This document shows, piece by piece, positions 30,471-41,462 of a stretch of 64,000 bases of DNA. A model generated the notes under the pieces. That model was not told the DNA's origin. It ran no database searches and saw only the letters and a list, made by a program, of their open reading frames with translations. The DNA is from a virus. Position 1 is the stretch's first letter; each line of letters opens with the position of its first letter. The position numbers and the translations under genes were made by a program. Location: positions 64,001-128,000 of IMG/VR virus record IMGVR_UViG_3300042923_000502; one strand, written 5' to 3'.

Positions 30471-31154
30471 GAGGTGTACAAATGTTATATAAAATTAAAT
30501 CAAACGAAGATTTGCACACTAGATGGACTAAGCTTGCAAAGAAAACTTCTAAACGTCTTAACTCCATATCGTTTTTACAGAACGATATGGAGGTTTCCAA
30601 AGAAGAGATGAATAAATGGTTTAGAGAGTCATTAGAAGATATTCAAAAGATGGATCAAGACTTTAAGGATACGGTTCAAGAGATGTTAAACATTAGAAGT
30701 GATGCAATCAAATACTTGAAAGCTCAAATCGAACTTAATGAGAGGGGAAATAAGTAATGAGCAAACATTTGTGGGAAGTAGATCATTCGTATTATTGTGG
30801 TGTATATGGTGGAGATAGATATGACAATCTCGATGATTTCCTTGACGAGTGGGGCGATTGCGATCCAGATTACAATCTATTGTTTAGATGGGACTGGAAT
30901 GAGTATGATCCAGATGAATTTGAAGATGATGAACTCGATGAAGATCACTCTACCAAAGATATATTGAATATCTTTTGGGTACAACAACGAAAAGGAAGCC
31001 TTTATTCGTGTAAAGTGAGAGTGTCTAAGGATGAAGAAGATAAAGTAAAGGAATTTCTTGAACCAAGATGGAGCCACTTAGCATCCTTATGGGAGCCTTT
31101 GGTATGAAGAACTTACTGAAAAAATATTTTAACAAAAATAAGGGAGATGTTAAA

Positions 31155-31484
31155 ATGAACAAAATGGTAATCAATGGAGTGTCATACGAAGTTCCTCAAG
31201 GTGCGAGTCTATCAATTAACAATGGAGTTGTAAAGGTCAATGGTCAAGTAATTACTTCTGGATTAAGTGGTGTAGTTGAACTAAAAGTAGAAGGAGACAT
31301 TGGACAATTACGAACGGATGCAAGTGTAAGCATGAATGGCAATGTCTTAGGCGACATTGACGCTGGCGGTAGCGTTTCGATTAAAGGCAATGTAAAAGGC
31401 AATGTAGATGCGGGTGGAAGTGTGTCATGTGGCAATGTCGGTGGGAATGTTGATGCTGGTGGAAGTATTAGTATGAAACGATGA
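31155..31484 (+). CDS. Beta-solenoid repeat protein
   Basis: G(N/D)(V/I)DAGGS(V/I) repeats. Confidence 0.7.
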   Translation: MNKMVINGVSYEVPQGASLSINNGVVKVNGQVITSGLSGVVELKVEGDIGQLRTDASVSMNGNVLGDIDAGGSVSIKGNVKGNVDAGGSVSCGNVGGNVDAGGSISMKR

Positions 31485-31503
31485 ATGAAATGAGGTAATT
31501 AAA

Positions 31504-32106
31504 ATGGGTAATTTTATAGATTTAACTGGGAAAAATTTTGGATCGCTCAAAGTAATAGAAAGAGCGGAAAACCAGAATAAGAGAGTTATGTGGCTATGTC
31601 AGTGCAATTGTGCAAAGAATACAATAAAGAAAGTTCAATCCTCTCATTTGATATCAGGGAAAATAATTTCATGTGGCTGTGTCAAAGGAACAAAACACGG
31701 TTTAAGTCAAACAAAAATATATAATGTTTATGTGAGCATAAAACAAAGATGTTATAATGAAAATTGTGATATCTACATCAATTATGGAGAAAGAGGTATA
31801 CGTGTATGTGAAGAGTGGTTAGGAGAGAGTGGATTTATATCTTTTTACAATTGGTCTAATGCAAATGGATACAAAGAAGGTCTGTCAATCGACAGAATTG
31901 ATGTTAATGGCAATTACGAGCCGTCAAATTGTAGATGGGCTACAATTAAAGAGCAGAGTTTAAACAAGAGAAGTTCTACGCTTTTGACATTAAAAGGAGT
32001 AACGAAAAATATTTCCGAATGGTCAAAAGAATACAATATACCTGTAAATACAATAAGAGGTAGAATAAAGAAAGGAAAAAGTTTAGATGATTTGTTTGAC
32101 AAATGA
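31504..32106 (+). CDS. HNH-like homing endonuclease
   Basis: DLTGKNFG, WLCQCNC, SCGC, YGERGI, SIDRIDVNGNYEPSNCRWAT. Confidence 0.88.
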   Translation: MGNFIDLTGKNFGSLKVIERAENQNKRVMWLCQCNCAKNTIKKVQSSHLISGKIISCGCVKGTKHGLSQTKIYNVYVSIKQRCYNENCDIYINYGERGIRVCEEWLGESGFISFYNWSNANGYKEGLSIDRIDVNGNYEPSNCRWATIKEQSLNKRSSTLLTLKGVTKNISEWSKEYNIPVNTIRGRIKKGKSLDDLFDK

Positions 32107-32124
32107 AAGATAAAATGATATAAT
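32096..32124 (+). promoter_or_regulatory. Consensus SigA promoter with motif in spacer
   Basis: TTGACA-aatgaaagataaaatga-TATAAT. Confidence 0.85.
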
Positions 32125-32156
32125 AAAATCAAAGTTCATGAGGTGGTGACTATCAA

Positions 32157-32309
32157 TTGAAAAAAAAGAAACGCAAAAAGACTATTATTGATCTCATGAG
32201 ACAATCAAGGAGTAGAGAAAGCATTATAAATCCTACTACAAAAGTTATCCCCAATAAAAAAGCTCGACAAAGCAAAAACGCTTGTAGACGTAAGGTAGGC
32301 GAAGAGTAA
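32157..32309 (+). CDS. Small basic protein (50 aa, not in the ORF track)
   Basis: TTG start after GAGGTG RBS; stop overlaps the primase ATG. Confidence 0.55.
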   Translation: MKKKKRKKTIIDLMRQSRSRESIINPTTKVIPNKKARQSKNACRRKVGEE

Positions 32310-33352
32310 TGTCAGACCTTCACGACATCAAAAAGGCTATCTATGAAGAAGGTAGAATAGAAGAAGTTCTTGACCTTTTGGGATGTAAAAATATACGTCC
32401 CGAAAGGAATAGGATTGTTGCTTCACTTCCTAACGGTAAGAATTTACGTTCCGTTCAAGTTAAGATGAATGAGCATCTTTCGTCAAGCATTAGAACAAAG
32501 CAAATCAATGGCGACATATTTAGCATTGTGTCCTACATTAAATTTAATTGTTCTACTAAAGCTGAAATTTATGAAAACCTATTTGACGCTAAGATGTGGA
32601 TTGTCGAAGAGTTGGACTATTATCATCTTATAAGCAAAGATAGAAGCAAGGCAAAAAAACAAACATACAATAGTTGGCTTAAAGATATGCGCAAAAAGAG
32701 AAGCAAGAAGATCAATCTTGAGAACTTGCATCCTAACATACCAATTCCAGAATCGACTAAGGATAGATATTTGATGGAACCTTATTATCCTTGGATCAAA
32801 GAGGGGATAAGTTGGGAGACTCAAAAAGAGTGGGAAATAGGATTTTGTTGGGAAAGTCATCGGATTATTACTTTGATACGCAATATCACAGGAGAACTTA
32901 TTGGTGTTAAAGGTAGAGCAATGGACGATAACAATCCATGGAAATATCTTTATGTTGAAGAAATGAACAAGAGCATAGAGTTATTTGGGTTGCATAAAAC
33001 TTTGCCTTATGTTCTTGAAGAAAAGGAGATTATCCTATTTGAAGGATATAAGAGTGTATTTAAGGCGTGGCAAATGGGATATAAGAACGTTGCAAGTATT
33101 GAAGGTGACGATATTTCCGATGCTCAAATTGCTTTAATCAAGAGTTTTGGTATTGACATTAAGATTACAATGTGCTATGATAAAGACAAATCGGAAGAGA
33201 GTATTAGAGAGCAAGTTTCAAAGTTTAAAAATAGAAAAGTCTTCTACACATTAGATGATGAAGACTTGTTATTAGATAAGCAATCTCCGGTTGATAGAGG
33301 GTTGAAGGTTTGGAACAAGCTTTACAAAAATAAAATTGAATTTACCCCTTGA
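32309..33352 (+). CDS. DNA primase (TOPRIM)
   Basis: GVKGR, KYLY, LFGLH, FEGYKSV, YDKD; located in the replication module. Confidence 0.85.
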   Translation: MSDLHDIKKAIYEEGRIEEVLDLLGCKNIRPERNRIVASLPNGKNLRSVQVKMNEHLSSSIRTKQINGDIFSIVSYIKFNCSTKAEIYENLFDAKMWIVEELDYYHLISKDRSKAKKQTYNSWLKDMRKKRSKKINLENLHPNIPIPESTKDRYLMEPYYPWIKEGISWETQKEWEIGFCWESHRIITLIRNITGELIGVKGRAMDDNNPWKYLYVEEMNKSIELFGLHKTLPYVLEEKEIILFEGYKSVFKAWQMGYKNVASIEGDDISDAQIALIKSFGIDIKITMCYDKDKSEESIREQVSKFKNRKVFYTLDDEDLLLDKQSPVDRGLKVWNKLYKNKIEFTP

Positions 33353-33377
33353 CTTTCATCGGGAAATTTGATATAAT
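33349..33377 (+). promoter_or_regulatory. SigA promoter followed directly by a motif copy (33379)
   Basis: TTGACT-17-TATAAT. Confidence 0.8.
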
Positions 33378-33851
33378 AACAAATGTAAGATAAAACAAAA
33401 GGTTAGGAGGTCAAAGAACGTCCTACATGTCTTGCAAATTTCTTTAGTTAATTTACAAGTGTAAGAAAAAATAAAAAATACAAACTTATGGAGGAATTAC
33501 AAATGGCTCAATACTACGCGACAGGAACAAAGAAAGTTGAAAGCAAAAACGAACAAGGGAAGAAAGTTATTACGGAAGTTCCAGTTGTGATTGAATTTGA
33601 CGCAATGCTTGTGAAGACTCGTGTTCAAGCGGTCAACGAAGCAAAACGTTGGGCTAAAAAGGACAATATTGTTCTTGATGGCATTGACGGTGTACATGTG
33701 TTGCAAGGTACACAAAAAGGTGGGGATACGTTGACAAAGCGTATTCAAAAAATGAAAACCGCAGGCACACTTCCTAAGTTTTAACATGGAGAAGGGCTAT
33801 CCCTTCTCTTGTAAATAAAGTACAAATACAAAATAAAATGAAAAGAGGAAA

Positions 33852-34454
33852 ATGAAGATGGATGTATACAAAGCGTATGAAGAACAATTGAAGGTTACAC
33901 GACAAATGGTGGAGCAATTGGTTCTTGCAAATGAAAAGTTGGAAGCAATTCTTGTAAAAATCTCCGAAGGTACACAAAAGGGTGGAATTGAAGAATTCCT
34001 TGGCGAAATCTTTGGTGGACTTGCAAACACTGTAAATGGTCAAGAGCTTGCAAAAGAACTTGAAGATTATGGTGACGATGATTATGATGATGATGATTGG
34101 GACGGAGATTATGAGGATTACGTCGATTATGAGGATGAAAATGATCATGTTTATCTTATTGAGCTTGCCATGAATGATGTTGAGGAACTTTTGGATTCTC
34201 CACAATTGAAAACAACTTTTTACGGAAATACTCTTTACGGATATGACCCAGAAGTAAACATTCACGACATTCACTATGTCGTTGATTATGACAAAGGAAC
34301 CGTAACAGCAAGCTTCATTGTTGATGGAAACGTGTTGAAGTCTGGAGTTGCCGTTTGCCATCCAGAAGATGTGTTCCTCGAAGCAACAGGTAGAGCAATT
34401 GCCACTCGTCGCTTGTTTGACCTTGACATTCCAGAATCTTTGCTTCAAAAATAA
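33852..34454 (+). CDS. Hypothetical protein with an acidic linker
   Basis: DYGDDDYDDDDWDGDYED tract; C-terminal GVAVCHPED.F...GRAIA. Confidence 0.6.
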   Translation: MKMDVYKAYEEQLKVTRQMVEQLVLANEKLEAILVKISEGTQKGGIEEFLGEIFGGLANTVNGQELAKELEDYGDDDYDDDDWDGDYEDYVDYEDENDHVYLIELAMNDVEELLDSPQLKTTFYGNTLYGYDPEVNIHDIHYVVDYDKGTVTASFIVDGNVLKSGVAVCHPEDVFLEATGRAIATRRLFDLDIPESLLQK

Positions 34455-35094
34455 TCGAATAGGAGATGTGACTTATGACGGAAAAGCAACTAGACATCAT
34501 TGAGTTTACTAAAAACGTTCTAAACAAGCACATCTTCGATTACGAAGAGAAGATTTTAAGAAACTATGAAGAATTCCGTTCGTGGTCTACCTATGATGAA
34601 TGGGTAAGACCACAGAAACGGGAAAACCAGTACATTTATAATATTTGGATGTGCTACAAGGAATACCTAAACGGAACGCTTGATTTGAACGCAATGAAAA
34701 TTTCAAACTTGGTGGTGAAGTAAGTTGGATGTTCAAGTTGTCGTAAAGAAAGAAGAAAGAAAGCTTGAAACAGGAGATATTATAGTGGTCATCTATGCAG
34801 GGAAGACTTACGTATTGTTGGTTTCAATGATTCAAAGAGGAGAGTGTCCATATATGCTTGTTCACTTAGATGGAAGTGGAATATGGGCTTCCGAAAAAAC
34901 ACTTGAATTGTTGGAGAAAAACATTAGGAACAATGACATGGACTTTTATGAATACGAATATACAATTTATAGTGCATCGGAATACGTCTTGCAACTAACT
35001 AAAAAATAAACATCAAAAACATCAAAGCCCATAGAGACGTAAAAGTTTTTATGGGCTTTACTTTTAATAAGATCATACAATAGGAGGATATAAT

Positions 35095-35484
35095 ATGAAG
35101 AAGTTTTTGATTTTGATTTCATTGGCAACTATGTTTATTCTAAGTTCATGTTCGGATGCTGACATTGCATCGGAAAATTTGTCAAAAGCCGCAGATAACT
35201 TTGAAATTAATAGACGAGTTGTATTTTACAATGGGATTACGGACACTTACTTGTTGAGCATTGAGGGACTTTGTTCGTTAGGTAACAATGATGATCGCTC
35301 TAAACAAGTAACAGTAACATGTAAAACATCTCCAACTACGTATAAGAAGCATTTCTTGGGATTGTCGGACAATGTGACATACTTTGCGGAACAACTTGAA
35401 CCTGCTAGTGTTAGCGCATATCATTATCGTGTTATATTTAAGCCACAAGCTATCTTGCCAGATGTTGATATGAGAGTTGAATAA
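35095..35484 (+). CDS. Phage lipoprotein
   Basis: Signal peptide and lipobox LSSC. Confidence 0.7.
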   Translation: MKKFLILISLATMFILSSCSDADIASENLSKAADNFEINRRVVFYNGITDTYLLSIEGLCSLGNNDDRSKQVTVTCKTSPTTYKKHFLGLSDNVTYFAEQLEPASVSAYHYRVIFKPQAILPDVDMRVE

Positions 35485-35498
35485 AGGGGGACGATAAA

Positions 35499-35843
35499 AT
35501 GAATAACTTTAAAGTTGGAGATAAGGTTGTACCGTTTCAAAAGTCTAAAGGAAAAAGTTTTGAAGAATCTAGATCATTGGAATTGGCAAAAAATATTGGT
35601 CAAAAATTCCTTTATGTTTATATGATTGATGGAGATAATGTCATATGGTGTAGTGTAGATGGGAATCAATTAAATTCAGAAGCATTTGATAAAACTGATT
35701 TAAATTTATATGTTGGTGACTTTTACAATACCGAACATGCCAAGTACGAAGAACCAGTATTGTACAATTTAGGGTTCATTTTAAAGTTGTTAAAAGATGG
35801 AATACTGAAAGAAGACGATATGTTCATTATGCGTAGAGTATAG
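35499..35843 (+). CDS. GDKVxP paralog family member 4
   Basis: FKVGDKVVPFQKS...QKFLYV...LLKDGILKEDD. Confidence 0.7.
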   Translation: MNNFKVGDKVVPFQKSKGKSFEESRSLELAKNIGQKFLYVYMIDGDNVIWCSVDGNQLNSEAFDKTDLNLYVGDFYNTEHAKYEEPVLYNLGFILKLLKDGILKEDDMFIMRRV

Positions 35844-35865
35844 ATAAAACGTTTCTTTTATCTAT
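35840..35865. repeat. Palindromic site 3
   Basis: ATAGATAAAA-CGTTTC-TTTTATCTAT, overlapping the TAG stop. Confidence 0.95.
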
Positions 35866-35887
35866 GAGACAATAAGGAGGAAGCAAA

Positions 35888-36238
35888 ATGTATAAAAAAG
35901 GCGATAAAGTAGTTCCACATAGCAAAAGTATAGGATGTTCCTTGAATGATAGCGAAGAATGGGAAAGAGCGCAGGCAAGTGGTCAAAATTTCCTTTATGT
36001 TACTAGCATTAGCAATGAAGACGATTATTGGTGTGCATTCACGAAAAACGATGATGACTCAGAATGTTTTTCACAGGTTGATTTGACCCCATATATCGAA
36101 GAAAAATATCAAGAAAATGGAATTTTGCTCAATTTTTCAGGCGTAAAACTCAATGAATACAAGGTAAGTGACATACTTGAACTGGTAAATAAGGGCATTC
36201 TCAAGGAAACAGATGAAATTATCGTGGGTCGAAAATGA
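35888..36238 (+). CDS. GDKVxP paralog family member 5
   Basis: YKKGDKVVPHSKS...QNFLYV...LVNKGILKETD. Confidence 0.7.
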   Translation: MYKKGDKVVPHSKSIGCSLNDSEEWERAQASGQNFLYVTSISNEDDYWCAFTKNDDDSECFSQVDLTPYIEEKYQENGILLNFSGVKLNEYKVSDILELVNKGILKETDEIIVGRK

Positions 36239-36245
36239 AAAAGTG

Positions 36246-36271
36246 ATAGATAAAACTTCGATTTTATCTAT
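36246..36271. repeat. Palindromic site 4
   Basis: ATAGATAAAA-CTTCGA-TTTTATCTAT. Confidence 0.95.
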
Positions 36272-36660
36272 GGGTTATACAAAGGAGAATGAGTTGAGTG
36301 TATATTTTATCAGCAAGACACTTTTACAAAGAAATTAATATGGATGTTGACACTTCACTTGGATTATTCACATCAATAGACAAATGTTCTGAATGGATTT
36401 CAAAATATGGTAGAGGATGGGAAGATACTGATCTTGGTGGAAATTCAATTGATTACTATTTTGTTGTCCTATCATTTGTAGTTGATCTTGAACAAGAACA
36501 TCAGCCATTTAGAGAAATTTATTATTATGATAAAGATGGAAACTTGGAAGATAGCTATATTGATGAATGGGAGGACAATACATGAGCATATTGATAGTGT
36601 TTGTTGTGTGGTTACTTCTTGTTGGTCTAATCATTATGTTTTTTAAAGGAGCGAATAACA

Positions 36661-36876
36661 ATGGAATTGAAAGATGAATTTATGTTTTATCATATTGGAG
36701 ACAAAGAATTGATCTATACCGCAATAAAAGAAGATGACAATTACATTGTCTCTTGGGATAACGTAATTGGTGAAAATGGCTTGATCTTTGAGGCTGGTAG
36801 TGAAACGTACACAAAATTGTCAGTGAAAAATGCAATCAATAAAGGCATGTGGATTATCTTAGAAGGAGATGAATAA
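36661..36876 (+). CDS. Hypothetical protein, paralog of the next ORF
   Basis: MEL...LIYTA...DDNY..SW...G.WI. Confidence 0.6.
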   Translation: MELKDEFMFYHIGDKELIYTAIKEDDNYIVSWDNVIGENGLIFEAGSETYTKLSVKNAINKGMWIILEGDE

Positions 36877-36878
36877 TA

Positions 36879-37121
36879 ATGGAATTGGAAAATGTATTTA
36901 AGTTTTTTGACAAAGAAGAACCACTTTTGATTTACACAGCAACATTGCGCGAGGATGACGACAACTATCTCATTAGTTGGAGTGCGGAAAAAGAAGAAGA
37001 GTTTTATGGAAGTGGAAACGAAAAAGTAACAGGAACTAGAAGTACAGTATACGCAAAAGATATTGTTGAAACGTTCGTCAGAATAGGACAATGGATTGTT
37101 GTAGGAGCAGGTGAAGCTTAA
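36879..37121 (+). CDS. Hypothetical protein, paralog of the previous ORF
   Basis: Same motifs as 36661-36876. Confidence 0.6.
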   Translation: MELENVFKFFDKEEPLLIYTATLREDDDNYLISWSAEKEEEFYGSGNEKVTGTRSTVYAKDIVETFVRIGQWIVVGAGEA

Positions 37122-37124
37122 TTA

Positions 37125-38759
37125 ATGAGTAAGTTTAAACTTAGAAATAAATATGACTTCAATAAGAAGGAAGATATTGTTACTTCTTTATTGAAAGCTA
37201 GAGGGATTTCTGATATTCAGGAATTCCTCTCTCCTTCAATAAATGTCCTGAATGACGCACACTTGCTTGGCAACATTATCGTTGTGGCAAATAGAATCTT
37301 ACAAGCTATCAAAAACAATGAACGTATTTGTATTAGTGCTGATCCAGATAGCGATGGAATTTGTTGCACAGCGGTTATGGTTCGTTTCATATCCAAGTTT
37401 ACAAACAATTACTATGTCTCTTATGCTCAACGTTCGGAAGGTCACGGAGTAGAATATCAACTTGAATTCATTGACAAGGAATCAACGGACTTGCTAATTA
37501 TATTAGACTCTTCAACAAACTCCGCAGAAGCTTGTGAAGAATTGTCAGAGTTTATGGACATTGTTATTCTTGATCATCATGACGTTGAAAATGAGAATCC
37601 ATTTGCAACTATTGTTAATCCAAAGAATGACAACACTTATCCTAACAACAATATTAGTGGTGTTGGCGTTGTCTACAAAGTACTTCAAGTACTAGATGAA
37701 TCACTTGGAAGTGGAGAAGTTGACGACTACATTGATCTTGTAGCCGTTGGAATGTATGCCGACATGATGCCAATGGACGTATTGGAAAATCGCTACTTGG
37801 TTATTCAAGGTATGCAAAATATCAAGAATCCAGGTTTGCTCAAAATATTAGAGCTTGGTAATGTGTCCGTTGAAAATGTTAATTCACAAACAATTGGGTT
37901 TACTATTAGTCCATTGCTTAACGGATGCGCACGAAAGGATAAGCTTGAGCTTGGCATAGAGTTGCTTCTATGTGATGATGAACAAAGATGTACTGAGCTT
38001 GTTATGGAAATGCGTGAACTAAATGATATTCGTAGACAAGAGGAAAAGACTTTGTATGAAAGTTATCTTATAAAAATTGATCCAAATGACAAAGTTCTAA
38101 TTGCTATTGATGAGAATGCATCAAAGAACTTCAATGGTCTTATTGCTAACAAGTTCTCACAAGAATTTCATCGTCCTGCCATTGTTATGCGTGAACATGA
38201 AGGAAGTCTCGCAGGTTCATATAGAGGATTTGGAACGTTTGACATGAAAGGATTCTTAAATCGAAAAGAGATAAGAAAGTATATCAAGTATGCATTGGGT
38301 CATCCGTCTGCTGGTGGTGTAGGACTAAAATCATCTAACTTTAAAGCGTTCAAAGAAGCTATGAATAAGGCTCTTAAAGACTATGATTTTAATTCAGATA
38401 TCTATTACGACTATGAAATTGATGCAAGCCTTGTAACACCCGAATTGGCTAGACAAATCAAAAAGTTTGACTATTGTAGTGGTCAAGGATTCCCACCTGC
38501 TATGTTTCTTGTTAAAGAGATTTATGTAGAAGACAATGAAGATAGAGTTGTCATGGGAAAAAATAGAGATACCGTTAAAATCAAATCATGTGATGTTGAT
38601 GTTATTAAATTCAAGACTAATGAGAATTGGGCTTCTGACGTTGGCATGATGGATACCATTGATGTTGTAGGTCAATTATCCCTTAATGAATGGACTAAAT
38701 GGAACGGTGAAGTTATATCAACAACTCAAGTTGTAGCCGAAACATATGTAATTGTATAA
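37125..38759 (+). CDS. recJ: RecJ-like DHH ssDNA exonuclease
   Basis: DPDSDG, ILDHH, IVNP, GSYR, GHPSAGG. Confidence 0.9.
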   Translation: MSKFKLRNKYDFNKKEDIVTSLLKARGISDIQEFLSPSINVLNDAHLLGNIIVVANRILQAIKNNERICISADPDSDGICCTAVMVRFISKFTNNYYVSYAQRSEGHGVEYQLEFIDKESTDLLIILDSSTNSAEACEELSEFMDIVILDHHDVENENPFATIVNPKNDNTYPNNNISGVGVVYKVLQVLDESLGSGEVDDYIDLVAVGMYADMMPMDVLENRYLVIQGMQNIKNPGLLKILELGNVSVENVNSQTIGFTISPLLNGCARKDKLELGIELLLCDDEQRCTELVMEMRELNDIRRQEEKTLYESYLIKIDPNDKVLIAIDENASKNFNGLIANKFSQEFHRPAIVMREHEGSLAGSYRGFGTFDMKGFLNRKEIRKYIKYALGHPSAGGVGLKSSNFKAFKEAMNKALKDYDFNSDIYYDYEIDASLVTPELARQIKKFDYCSGQGFPPAMFLVKEIYVEDNEDRVVMGKNRDTVKIKSCDVDVIKFKTNENWASDVGMMDTIDVVGQLSLNEWTKWNGEVISTTQVVAETYVIV

Positions 38760-38764
38760 AGTAG

Positions 38765-38793
38765 TTGACAAATGAAAGATAAAGTGATACAAT
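38765..38793 (+). promoter_or_regulatory. SigA promoter with motif in spacer and a second copy at 38795
   Basis: TTGACA-17-TACAAT. Confidence 0.8.
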
Positions 38794-40241
38794 AACAAGT
38801 GTAAGATAAAACAAAAGGAGAGTTGAATAATGAGCAATAAACTTGAAGCGTTGAAAGAACTTAGAGAATATGTTGATGAACGAAAACACATTCAATTCAA
38901 CTATATTCAAGAAAAAGAAGATGGATATGTGAGCTATGATGCACTTGGTCGCATTGCTCAAACGTTCGGAGTTTCCGATGAAACATTGAAAGCTTTAGAT
39001 GGAGATGAAATTTCGTCAGATGATTTGAATGTCATAGCTTTTGCACAAATCTTAATTGATCAAGGATTTACAAGAGAAGAGTTGGAAACAATTCAAGAAC
39101 TCAATGATACCGCTGGCTCTGTGGAAGAACTGATTGACTATATTGACAAATTGATTGAAGAGTCATAATATTTAAAATTACAACATAGAATAGATCATAC
39201 GTGCAACATGAGAAGGAGAGAGAAATATGATTGAAGAATTAAAAAATGAAAATTACATTAAGAAAGTAACGGTAGAGTACGTTGATGGTACAACCGATGA
39301 AATTCAAAATGAGTTTGTCGTAGTTGTCACCGAAAAGCCGGAAAATGGCAATTGGAACATAAAATTGTCAGAGGAAGCAAGTGTTGCAAAAATGCTTGAC
39401 TTTGCTTATGATGCCGTTGATGAAATTGAAAATGCAAGTATGGATGAAGAACTTCCTAAGAAGGTTTCGCATCTCAAGGTGTTAAAAGGCGGGTTAAGTG
39501 GATAAGGAGCAAGCTTAACAAGTGGAAGATAAAATAAAAAGGGAGATGTAATAATGTCGAATATTACTCTTAGAGAGATTGAACAAAAAGTTAAAGTTCC
39601 TATTGCAAATATTAAAATTCAAGCAAACAATGGCAATCTAGTTTTTCACTCTAATATTGATGAAGGAGACTCTTTAATTAAAGCCAAGGAAAATTATATC
39701 AAAGACAATGAGTTTAGGGCTATATATTTTAAATCTCAAGGTCATACATCATCATCCAACGATATATACGGAGCCTTGACAATTGCAGATGCCGAAGTAT
39801 TGATTGACGCTTTACAAAGTATGGTTAAATACATCAAGAATTAAATCACAATAAAAGAAAGTAGGAATTGTTAAAATGAGTAAAGTAAAATTGATTCACT
39901 ATGTACCAGACGATGTTGTACTTCCCGTAGAAAATTATACTGTAGAAGAAGAAGGTAAGGTTATTACAATTAGTTCGAATTATAAAAATTCACTTCATGG
40001 TGCAAAGCTTGCATATGAACAAGACCCATTAGCTAATATTTTTGCAATTCGTCCAAATGCATCTGGACTTATTGCATTGACATTCGATCAAATGAAAGAA
40101 TTGATTTCATCTTTGCAAAGCATGGTTGATTTTGTAGTTCCTCCGGTTGTTGTTCCACCAGTGGAACCGCCTGCCGAAGAAACTCCTTAATTTAAATGTA
40201 AAAAATAAAAAACAAAAACCTAACTAAAGGAGATTAATTAA

Positions 40242-41351
40242 ATGAAAATTGTAAAAACGGGTGACATTGTTAGAATATTTTCCGATGACCTTCAAACTTT
40301 TGATAAAATTCCTGTAGGTAATTACAAAGTTGGCTTTGCACCTAATGCAGGGTTTTACTTGGAGGTCATGGACTCCTTTAGCATGAACGAGAAACCTTAT
40401 GGCAAACATCCTCAAAAAATTTCAAAGGTAATGTCCCTTTACGAGAATGTTGATCGAAGCGTAGGAGTAATTTTAAGTGGCAAAAAGGGAATGGGTAAAT
40501 CCATGTTTGCAAGACTTCTTTCGGTTGAATTTAGTCAAAAACATCAGATGCCAACTATTGTTGTTGATGAAGCATACAAAGGAATTTCAGAATTTATCGA
40601 ATCAATCAAGCAAGAGTGCATCATTTTGTTTGATGAATTTGAAAAAGTTTTTGACAATGGTGAGAAGAAGGAGCATCAAGACAAATTATTGAGTTTGTTT
40701 GATGGAATATCACAAACAAAGCGTCTATACGTTGTTACAGTGAATGAAATTAGAAAGGTTAATCAATATATGATTAATCGTCCTGGTCGCTTTCATTATC
40801 ACATTCAATTCAAATATCCGTCACATGAAGAAATTGCATTGTACCTCAAAGATAAATTGAAACCTGAATTTCATAATCAAATTGAACTTGTTCAAAGATT
40901 CTCAAATAGATTTGATCTTAATTACGATTCATTGAGAGCTATTGCATTTGATTTGAATTTAGGTTATGGATTCATTGAAACAATGGAAGATTTGAATGTT
41001 TCTTCAACAGAAAATCAAGCAGTGAAGTATGATGTTGCTATTCATCATAGCAATGGTGCTATTGCAACCACATATGAAAACATCGACCTAATGAGTTCTC
41101 ATGTGTACATTAGTTACAATACAAAGGATTATCAATATGGTAGCGTTTCTTTCTCACCTCTTGAAGTTCAAATTAACAACAAAGATTTATTTATTGTTGA
41201 TCCGAATGTTGTTGATGTAAATGTTAAATATGATAACGATAATGAAACTCTTACTCATGAAAGTGGTGTATTTGTTGAAAAAATTGTATTGACTAAAAAG
41301 CAAGTCAACAACAATATGAAATATGGTAAAGAAATGAGCGACTTGATTTGA
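40242..41351 (+). CDS. AAA+ ATPase
   Basis: GKKGMGKS, LFDEFEK, NRPGRFHY. Confidence 0.85.
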   Translation: MKIVKTGDIVRIFSDDLQTFDKIPVGNYKVGFAPNAGFYLEVMDSFSMNEKPYGKHPQKISKVMSLYENVDRSVGVILSGKKGMGKSMFARLLSVEFSQKHQMPTIVVDEAYKGISEFIESIKQECIILFDEFEKVFDNGEKKEHQDKLLSLFDGISQTKRLYVVTVNEIRKVNQYMINRPGRFHYHIQFKYPSHEEIALYLKDKLKPEFHNQIELVQRFSNRFDLNYDSLRAIAFDLNLGYGFIETMEDLNVSSTENQAVKYDVAIHHSNGAIATTYENIDLMSSHVYISYNTKDYQYGSVSFSPLEVQINNKDLFIVDPNVVDVNVKYDNDNETLTHESGVFVEKIVLTKKQVNNNMKYGKEMSDLI

Positions 41352-41417
41352 TTGACGGAAAGATGTGATAAATGTCACTCTTGACAAATGCAAGATAAAA
41401 TGATATAATAACAGAAC

Positions 41418-41462
41418 ATTAGAAGGTTGACTCCCTCAAAGAGTTGACCTTCTAATTTTTTA
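41418..41462 (+). terminator. Terminator-like hairpin in the nrdI leader
   Basis: ATTAGAAGG/CCTTCTAAT plus T tract. Confidence 0.6.

Noticed and set aside
31300-31470. Tandem DNA repeats as a non-coding array
   Set aside because: They encode in-frame GNVDAGGSV beta-solenoid repeats.
32309-32520. Primase pseudogene because CHC2 zinc ligands are missing
   Set aside because: The ORF is intact with TOPRIM motifs; a degenerate N-terminal domain does not show inactivation.
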